In this document: positions 55,190 through 64,000 of the stretch, piece after piece
Position numbering within the stretch: position 1 is the stretch's first letter
Layout: every line of letters begins with the position of its first letter
Position numbers and translations under genes: made by a program
NCBI RefSeq assembly: GCF_009914755.1
Contig: NC_060935.1
DNA from: the human T2T-CHM13v2.0 reference genome, Homo sapiens
Strand: one strand, 5' to 3'
Length of the DNA stretch: 64,000 nt
Notes under the pieces: model-generated
Database searches by the model: none
What the model was told of the DNA's origin: nothing
The model's input: the letters and a program-made list of their open reading frames with translations, nothing else

Positions 55190-56364
55190 TAGCAGTGACA
55201 AATATCATTACAAAATCCAATTTTAGAAAAATACTAATCTAATGTGGGGTAGTTTTTTTGGCAAAATACATTAAATGGCACTAATTACACAGTAAATATG
55301 AGGTAACATGAAATCACACCACTATCTGATTTACAGCAACATGGACTTGGTTGTACCTTTCAGGATGAGCACATTTCCAAAAAATGAGATTACCAGTGAA
55401 ATCTAATTAGGAAGAAAGCTTTAAAATAATACTACATCAGAGCGTCTTGCAGCTGATATGTGACAGATAGGACATGTTATTTATAAAGTAGTTCCAGCCT
55501 TATTCATTAAAGTTACCAGCCTTTCTTCTTTCTAAAAAGGAGCAAGAAGTTAAGAAATGCCTTGAATTGGTGTCTGGTCATGCAGTAGTGCTGAGAAGGG
55601 GTAGTGAGAGTAGTAAAACAACCCTGGTGGGGCAGAGGGGTTGGATGTAAACGTCATTAATAATCATGGTTTGCTTCTAAATACAGTAGCAATATGACTT
55701 CTGATTTGTAATCTTAGGTAAAGTATAAATTGAAAAGGCCAGTAATAGTACACTAAGATTAATAAACTGCACATCAAAAATTACACGAGGGCTCTGTTTG
55801 CAGTGAGGTTTCACAAAACAAGTTACCTGTATTTTTCTTTTTACATCTGGCTTGCAAAGCCACTCTTGCAGACATTTCAAAAAATTCTCTCCATTTTCAG
55901 TTTTGCTGAATCCTCCAGGCACACAAAAGTGCCAACCTGGATTGTTATATCTCTAGGCACCCATCAAGTTTTACCAACTCTTGCTTCGTCTTGGTGAGAT
56001 CCTGTCTTATGTGCCCATCCTTCAGAAGATGCATCTTGTTCCCAACTAGAATGCTGTACACATTGGGGCAGAAACGCTTACTCTCTAAGGTTCTTTGTCC
56101 TGGGAGGTTTTCTAAACTCCAAAGCTATTGATGAAGGAACACCTCAATATAACATTGGTGTCTGGGTAGGAAAGAGTCCTCAGGTGATCTTGACCTTCCT
56201 GCCCAACTGTGTCCCATATAGCCAACCCCATATACTTTCCTTTCACTTCAATGTCATCTATGTTGTTCTCTTGTGTTTGTCCCTGTGAAGACCATGAGCA
56301 AGCAGGTCTTGACATAGGCTCTTTCACAATAATCACCAGCCTCTTTAGCATGGCAGGGACATTG
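55190..56364 (-). pseudogene. RHOA: Processed pseudogene of RHOA (decayed), CDS plus long 3'UTR
   Basis: [37 protein letters not shown] vs RHOA [37 protein letters not shown]; intronless; 3'UTR blocks such as tttacctaagattacaaatcagaagtcat and ttactgtgtaattagtgcca match the RHOA 3'UTR as recalled; frameshifts and stops. Symbol refers to the parent gene. Confidence 0.93.
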
Positions 56365-56700
56365 TAGAGAGCACCTTCTGTGTGCCCAATATTACGCTAC
56401 GTGATGCAGCAGGCATCATTCACCGAGTTCTGTGAGACATGGTCAGCATGATAGAGAGGTTTCACAAAGTACATTAAACTTATCAGAAAACAGGCAATCA
56501 GGCAGAAGTCCAAATCCAGTTGCTGCTCTACCAGTCATGAGTTTAAAGACACCTGTGGGTTGGTACAGTGAAGAGTGCAAGCACACTTTAAAATATTAAA
56601 GATAATTATTTTAAAATTGTTTTTAGATAATTTTATTATTTCTTTTTCTTCGCATATGGTACCTCATATTTGCTGCTTAGTCTAATTTCTTCCTATCATA

Positions 56701-56740
56701 TTAGGTTGGTGCAAAAGTAATTGTTTTTGCACCAACCTAA
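56701..56740. mobile_element. MADE1 (Hsmar1 MITE), internally deleted to 40 bp
   Basis: ttaggttggtgcaaaa...ttttgcaccaacctaa with TA TSDs. Confidence 0.93.
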
Positions 56741-56757
56741 TAGATTGACATATGTAT

Positions 56758-57108
56758 TAATAGGGTTTGGCTCTGTTTCCTCACCCAAATCTCACCTTGA
56801 ATTGTAATCCCCATAATCCCCAGGTGTCAAGGGCAGGACCAGGTGGAGGTAATCGGATTATGGTGGCAATTTCCCCCATCCTGTCCTCATGATAGTCTTA
56901 CAAGATCTGATGATCTTATAAGCATCCGACATTTCCCATTTGCATTCATTCTCTCTCCTGCTGCTCTGTGAAGAAGTACCTTCCACCATGATTCTAAGTT
57001 TCCTGAGGCCTCCAAGACATGCAGAACTGTGAGTCAATTAAACTTCTCTCCTTTATAAATTACCATCTTGGGTATTTCTTCATAGCAGTGTGAGAATGGA
57101 CTAATACA
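56758..57108 (+). mobile_element. THE1 (THE1C/D-like) solo LTR
   Basis: ggtttggctctgt..cccaaatctcaccttgaattgtaatccccataatccc...gagaatggactaataca; TSD tgtat/catat. Confidence 0.9.
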
Positions 57109-58964
57109 CATATATAATTTTTATCTCTGAATGTATCTTTAGAAAGAAATATGTTCTAAGGTTCTGCATTTCTAAGTGGTGGTATCATGGTTGTTGATGG
57201 TACACAGTAATTTGGCACCAAGAAAATCTGAGCAGGTACGTAAAGTATGTCCTTTTATACCTTCCAAGACCTGGAATTATTAGCCTGAAATTATTATAAT
57301 TTTCATGTTGCCTCCCAAGACCATAAGCGGATTTTTTTTTGTCTTGTGCATAGGGTCCAATTCCAACTGCCCACCATGTATGGAACTTTTGGCCTCAAGT
57401 ATCATGCCTATGAGGCATAAAGCCCCAGTTCTTGGGTATATACCAGACATGCTATTCCTAAAAGTAGCCCTGCTTCGCCTTCTACTTACAGTGAGGATTC
57501 TCTCTGTTTTCAACATTTAAGGATTTCATTTTTGTCCCTTTTAACTTATTATTACAATTATATATATATATATATTTTATTTCTAAGTGTTTGGAGTGAG
57601 AGTGCAGAGTTCTTGCATCAGCTTAGTCTACCATTTAGATCAGAATCTTGGATTCACTATACCTTGGTCCCAATTCCAAATATCAGGAGGGGAGAATGAT
57701 TGGCTCAGATTATATCTGACCACTCTTGGATGAATCAATTATAGTGGTGCAACATTATGTAATAGAAACATGTCTGTTAGGGGCCACCTATGTGTGTGAA
57801 AGGGCATCCTACATTACAAGGTTGCTAGGCAGATACTCCTATAAATATTTACCATAGAAATCCTAAGAAATATTTTTACTCATTTTTTATTCTCTGCTTA
57901 GATTTCCTCATCTAAAAAATCAAGATGGCAAATTTTCTGCTTATTACATGTTTTAAAGTTGACTTGTTTAAAACCATCATGTTCAAAGAGAGATATATCT
58001 GGCCTTATATAAATTTTAGATATCCTTCACAAAAATGAAGGAAATAATCATCACTTGACGTATGATTTGGGTTTTCTGTAGACATCCATGGAATAAAAAT
58101 GAGCAATAGGCTCTTATTCCTACCAAATGATAAGTGAAAATATGAAAATAACAATATATAAAATATTTCCGTTAATAAGGTTCACTGTGGGTTGTGGTTT
58201 CAGTTGTTGTTGTCTGTTTTTGTGGTTTTTAAAAGCTTCAAAGCAGCCTGAGTGATTGGTTAATGAAAGAGGTGGAGCCTTTATATTATGAAATGTTCGC
58301 ATCATCAAATTGATTACTGGCAGGAATAGGGTTTCAATTTAGCATTCCAGGGTTCACACAATTGGATACTCTCATGTCTATAAAAAGAAAACTCTTGCCT
58401 GGGGCTGAAAATTAGTGTTTGCCTAAGCTTAGGTAAGGGGGAAATAAACCTTGCATACATGTAGAGATAAACAAAATGCCTTAAGAAACATGGCAGATCT
58501 GCATCCTATTCCAAAGAAAATTCAAGAATTTATTCACATTGGCAAGTTTTTTGTAAAGAGTCTTTACAAAAGATCTTAAATATATTTCAGATCTTCCCTT
58601 CAGCTCTTATTCCTGTTAACTGAGCATTATGTCTCTTATCTCTAACATACCCGTGCATTCCTTTAAAATTACCAAGTGGATTTTGTCCGTTTACCTTCCT
58701 TTCTAGTGCACTTCAAGGACTATACTGTTAGAAACAAGTCAGCAATGTATGTCAGGTAAAGAGTGTGTGCTCATTATAAGCCTGCCAATAACTCATATTT
58801 GTACAGTATTTTTTTCCAAAATATGTTTGCTACATTGCTCATTCGATCTTCAAGACAGCACTGTAAGAGTTAAATTTTATAACTAGGTCCAGAAAAGCTT
58901 AGAGGTCTTTCTGGTATTTAATCCACTAACGTAATTCTCCAAAAACATATTTGCCGAATGAATG

Positions 58965-59220
58965 AAGCAGTAGGAATACTGAGTTGGAGTTTTAAGGCCT
59001 TATTTTTTTAAATCCTAGCCTTCCAATTTGGTAGTTTGGACAATATTGGGAAAGTCAGTTAATATTTCTGAATCTCTGTTTCCTCATCTATACACACAAA
59101 ACAATAATACTTGATTTACATGTTTCTTGTATGGATTTGGTGAATTAGGGAATGTGAATACCATTTTTTAGGATCTGGCCTATACTACATGCTTAATATG
59201 TATTTGTGGAATAACTGAAC
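58965..59220 (+). mobile_element. MIR
   Basis: ttgggaaagtcagttaatatttctgaatctctgtttcctcatcta. Confidence 0.75.
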
Positions 59221-59691
59221 TTACATCAAAGTGTTGCTTGAGAATTGTCTGCTTCAGAATTAGCTTCAGGTTAATTTGAAGATTTTTAACTTTCTTTTAC
59301 GTATTTCATCATTAACCATATTTATATCCTAGCTCTGCTCTCCTCTGTGGGGAGCAAGGGCATTGCTTCACCAATATGGCTCTGAGAAGGATTAAATATT
59401 TTGAAGAATAAATTACACGTGCAATTTTAATCTCATCTGAGAACACAGCCTCATCATTGTTACAAAGACTATATTAAGTTATGTAATATAAGTAGATGCA
59501 TTTCATAACCCAACTCCTCTCTGCTACTATTAGCTGTCTGGAACACTGTATTGAGAATAGTTCCAAGGCCAATCTGGTTTAATAGAAAAGAACCCCATGC
59601 ATTTTTAGCAATAATTACCCTTAATACAAGACAGCAAGAAGAACCCTTTTGCCCCACCCATAATACCCCCTCAGTTATAGAAAGAACTTTT

Positions 59692-59914
59692 TTTTTGAGA
59701 CAGTATCTCACTCTGGCACCGAGACTAGAGGGCAGTGGCATGATTACCGCTTCCTGCAGCCTCGATCTCCCACGTTCAAGTTATCCTCCTACCTCAGCCT
59801 CTTGAGTAACTGGGACCACAGGTGCACACTACCATGCCCAGCTTATTATTATTATTATTTGTTGTAGAGACAGGGTCTCACTATGTTGCCCACACTGGTT
59901 TTGAACTTCTGTTC
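59692..59914 (-). mobile_element. AluJ, 5'-truncated
   Basis: ctgcagcctcgatctcc, gtagagacagggtctcactatgttgccc; TSD aaagaactttt (59681-59691 / 59915-59925). Confidence 0.92.
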
Positions 59915-60140
59915 AAAGAACTTTTAAGAGCTTGAATAAACCACATTAACAGATATATTATCTTAGAGAGGTAACCCAGCAAAGAAATGTTGAGACATGA
60001 TGAGAATGAGGTAAGCAATTGTTAGGTCTTAGAAGTCTTTACAGACCATGCTATGGAGCTTAGATACAACTCTCAGATGCTGGATGTCATCAGAGAGTAT
60101 GTAAAAATATGAGTGACATGGATGGTTTTCTTTCAGTTAT

Positions 60141-60684
60141 CAGTGATTCTTAAGCCTGATTGACAATTAGCTTTAACTGAAGAGCTTTTAAAAATTACTG
60201 ATAAATGGGAAGAGCACAGAGGATTTTTTAAGGCAGTGAAAGTACTGCTTATGAAACTATAATGATGGACACATGCTACTACAAATTTGTATAAACTCAT
60301 CAAATGTATAATACCAAGAGTAAACCCTAATGTAAACTATTGACTTTGGGTGATAACGATGTGTCAATATAGGTTCATTAACTACAACAAATGTACCACT
60401 CAGGTGAGGGATGTTAATCATGCATGTGTGGGGACAAGGAGTATATGGGAAATCTCTATATCTTCTGCTCAATATGGGGTATATGGGAAATCTATTTTCT
60501 GCTCAATTTGGCTATAAACCCAAATCTCCTCTAAAAACAACTTCCCTAAAAAATAAATTCTCTTAAAAAATGCTGATATCCTTTGCCCCACCTGAGACCA
60601 AGTAATCATAAGCCCTGGGTGTTGCCCAAGCAACAGTGCTTTATTAAGGTGATTCCAATAGATAGTCAGTGTTGAAAACTACTG
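60141..60684 (+). mobile_element. MER5-type MITE split by an L1MC1-like 3' fragment (~60203-60570)
   Basis: cagtgattcttaagcc... and ...gttgaaaactactg MER5 ends; L1MC 3'UTR gagtaaaccctaatgtaaactat; TSD aaaattactgata/aaaaatgctgata. Confidence 0.8.
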
Positions 60685-61019
60685 AGCTTGATCAATCTTT
60701 GTTTTAATTATATCTACTTGCTTCATCCTGGGATACACAGGTGTGATTTTTTTTTCTCAAACCCCCAAATACATGCAGTCTCCTTTTGAGAAGCTATAAT
60801 TTCCTACCTCTAAAAATATCACATCATAAAAATAATGCCCTGATTTGGCTAGTTGCTAGTCTGTGGGAAAGAAACTTGGGATTGCCTTAAAAAGAAAGGT
60901 ATTACAAAAATGTCAATGGCTACAACAGTCTCCTATTTAGAAGAAATGAGGAACCAAGCTTAGCCAGTTGAAAGAGAAAATGGAAACAATGATAATGCTT
61001 TAAAGATGATATGCTAGTC

Positions 61020-62200
61020 TAGTGTTTCTCAAAGTAGGGCCCTTGGACTATCAGAAGTCTGTGGAGGTCTACAATCTCTCCATGATAATTGATCTTTAAT
61101 TTGGCCTTTTCCTTTTTTATCATCATCTAAAAGTACTGGTAGAACCATGTGCTGGTTTACCTGGATGACCAACTTTTAAGTGAATGTGGCCTTGAGATTT
61201 TAGTGTCCACATTGGTATTTGTGTTTACAACCAGATGGGTGCCAAATAGTACTACAGTCGACCCTTGAACAACATGGATTTGACCTGCAGAGGTCCACTT
61301 ACATGGGGATTTTGTTTTAATAAAAGTTACACTGAGTGTGCCGCTTCTCCTGCCTCCCCTTTCACCTCCTCTATCTCTTCTGCTTGGCCACCTCTGAGAT
61401 AGCAAGACCGACCTTCCTTTTCTTCTCCTCAGCTCAAAACAATGTGAATATGACAGGGATGAAGACCTTTATGATATATTTTCTCTTTCTTATTATAGTC
61501 TCAATAATAACATTTTCTATTCTCCAGCTTAATTTATTGTAAGAATATGGTATATGATATGTATAACTTACAAAATATTGTTAATATAGTATTTATATTA
61601 TTGAGAAGGCTTCCAGTCAAATACTAACAGGCTGCTTAAGTTTTTAAGGAATCAAGAGTTATACACAAATTTTACATGGCATGGGGGATTGGCATCCTTA
61701 ATCTCCACATTTTTCAAGGGTCAAGTATATTTTAATTGTTCTGAGCTAATAAAAAAGAACAGGGGAAGGCTTAATATGTAATGATCCATTCAAGCCAAGT
61801 GTATGAAAGTGTCAAGAACCACTTGTTTGAATACAACGTAAATAACACAAAAAATTTCTGGGAGAATTGAATTGTTATATGGCACACACCGATGACATCC
61901 CATGCATTTCAAAAAAAATATTCAGAAGTAGTTAATACCACATGGAAATTGCAAGAAGGTGACATAATTACAATAAACCGTTGGATATACTAAAATAATG
62001 ATTTTTTATTTCGATTGTATTTGATTGCAGTTTTTATTATATGTAAGTTGTAAATCTCTTTTGGTTTAATATTTGTATAGGAACTATTAGCATATGGAAC
62101 TTAAGTCATTTAATCTTATGCATACGTAAATAATACAAAAATAATTTAATTTAAATGTAGGAGTTCTAGGAGAATTATTTTTCTTTGTTAAGGGTATATT
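61020..62200 (+). mobile_element. Probable hAT-Charlie remnant interrupted by Tigger2
   Basis: agtgtttctcaaagtagggcc terminus; AT-rich remnant resumes after 61727. Confidence 0.45.
61255..61727 (+). mobile_element. Tigger2a/MER28-type non-autonomous TcMar element
   Basis: TIRs cagtcgacccttgaacaa / ttttcaagggtcaagt with TA flanks. Confidence 0.85.
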
Positions 62201-62310
62201 ACTTCAGCTTGAGAAAAAAATGAGACCTTCTTTTGTTCAACAGATGATTTTTGCCATTGATAACTTCTAGTCCTATAGATAGATGGATAATTAGTATATT
62301 TAGAATGTCT

Positions 62311-64000
62311 ATTTTTTTCATTATACTTTAAGTTCTGGGATACATATGCAGAACATGCAGGTTTGTTACATAGGTATATATGTGTCATGGTGGTTTGCTG
62401 CACCCATCAACCTGTCATCTACATTTGGTTTTTCTCTTAATGCTATCCCTCCCTCTAGGACTCACCCCTGACAGGCTCTGATGTGTGATGTTCTCCTTAC
62501 TGTGTCCATGTGTTCTCATTGTTCAACTCCCACTTATGAGTGAGAACATGCGGTATTTGGTTTTCTGTTCCTGTGTTAGTTTGCTGAAAATGATGGTTTC
62601 CAGCTTCATCCATGTCCCTGCAAAGGACATGAACTCATCCTTTTTTATGGCTGCATACTATTCCATGGTCTATATGTGCCACATTTTCTTTATCCAGTCT
62701 ATCATTGATGGGCATTTGGGTTGGTTCCAAGTCTTTGCTATTACGAACACTGGGCAATAAACATACATGTGCACGTGTCTTTATAATAGAATGATTTATA
62801 ATCCTTTGGGTATATACCCAGTAATGGGATTGCTGAGGCAAATGGTATTTCTGGTTCTCCATCTTTGAAGAATCGCCAAACTGCCTTCCACAACGGTTGA
62901 ACTAATTTACACTCCCACCAACAGCATAAAAGCATTCCTATTTCTCCACGTCCTCTCCAGCATCTGTTGTTTCCTGACTTTTTAATGATCGCCATTCTAG
63001 CTGGTGTGAGATGGTGTCTCATTGTGGTTTTGATTTGCATTTCTCTAATGGCCAGTGATGATGGGCTTTTTTTCGTATGTTTGTTGGCCACATCAGTGTA
63101 TTCTTCTGAGAAGTGTCTGTTCATGTCCTTTGCCTACGTTTTGATGCGGTTGATTTTTTCTTGTAAATTTGTTTATATTATTTGTAGATTCTGGATATTA
63201 GCCCTTTGTCAGATCGATAGATTGCAAAACTTTTCTCCCATTCTGTAGACTGCCTGTTCACTCTGATAATAGTTTTTTTTAATTATTTTGCTATGCAGAA
63301 GCTCTTTAGTTTAATTAGATCCTATTTGTCCATTTTGGCTTTTATTGCCATTGCTTGTGGTGCTTCAGTCATGAAATCTTTGCCCATGCCTATGTCCTGA
63401 ATGGTATTGCCAAGGTTTTCTTCTAGGGTTTTTATGGTTTTAGGTCTTAGGTTTAAGTCTTTGATCCATCTTGAGCTAATTTTTGTATAAGGTGAAAGGG
63501 AGAGGTCCAGTTGCAGTTCTCTGCATATGGCTAGCTAGTTTTCCCAACACCATTTATTAAATAGGGAATCCTTTCCCCATTGCTTGTTTTTTGTCAGGTT
63601 TGTCTAAGATCAGATGGTTGTAGATGTGTGGTGTTATTTCTGAGGCCTCTGTTCTGTTCCATTGGTCTATATATCTATTTTGGTACCAATAACATGCTGT
63701 TTTGGTTACTGTAGCCTTGTAGTATAGTTTGAAGTCAAATAGCGTGATGACTGCAGCTTTGTTCTTTTTGCTTAGGATTGTTTTGGCTATACAGGCTGTT
63801 GTTTGGTTCCTTATGAAATTTAAAGTAGCTTTTTCTAATTCTGTGAAGAAAGTCGGTGATAGCTTGATGGGGATAGCATCAAATCTATAAATTACTTTGG
63901 GCAGTATGGCCATTTTCACAATACTGATTCTTCCTATCCATGAGCATGGAATGTGTTTCCATTTGTTTGTGTCCTCTCTTATTTCCTTGAGCAGTGGTAT
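62311..64000 (-). mobile_element. L1PA7-like 3' portion; continues beyond window end
   Basis: Antisense 3'UTR (attatactttaagttctggga) and ORF2 C-terminal peptides ([11 protein letters not shown]..., [27 protein letters not shown]). Confidence 0.95.

Larger units (their letters stand above)
54248..57855 (-). mobile_element. Old MLT1 LTR halves (~54248-54570 and ~57650-57855) separated by an ancient L1/HAL1-like segment and younger inserts
   Basis: MLT1 3'-like (aacttaagcaa...ttttattgg) and 5'-like (gggagaatgattggctcag) pieces; L1 ORF1-like antisense sequence at 54600-55150; very diverged. Confidence 0.45.

Noticed and set aside
56112-56351. 79-aa ORF as a functional Rho GTPase or retrogene
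   Set aside because: P-loop out of frame, Switch I deleted, premature stop

Overview
AT-rich, repeat-dense primate genomic DNA, almost certainly human because it carries an AluYd8-type element with intact CpGs. It reads as intergenic DNA or a large intron. I cannot confidently identify any intact protein-coding gene, RNA gene or CRISPR array; nearly all ORFs in the track are L1, Alu or microsatellite read-through or chance ORFs. Supported content: (1) many retroelements and DNA transposons: an old L1MA-type 5' half, a near full-length L1PB1, L1PA4/5, L1PA7 and L1PA8 fragments, an L1MD host element, eight Alus, solo LTRs (MER11, LTR22, THE1, MST, MLT1), MER58, MER5, Tigger2, MADE1, MIR and L2; (2) a decayed processed RHOA pseudogene on the minus strand (~55190-56364); (3) a few candidate regulatory sites and candidate exons in unique DNA. 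Most worth follow-up: back-to-back consensus ATF4 (CARE) and RFX X-box sites at 6735-6761; an L1PB1 whose 5'UTR looks spliced; several template-switch scars inside L1 copies; a doubly deleted young AluYd8; and nested insertions that order repeat families in time. I found no convincing new multi-gene system. Subfamily names come from recalled consensus sequences, not a RepeatMasker run, and boundaries of old repeats are approximate.
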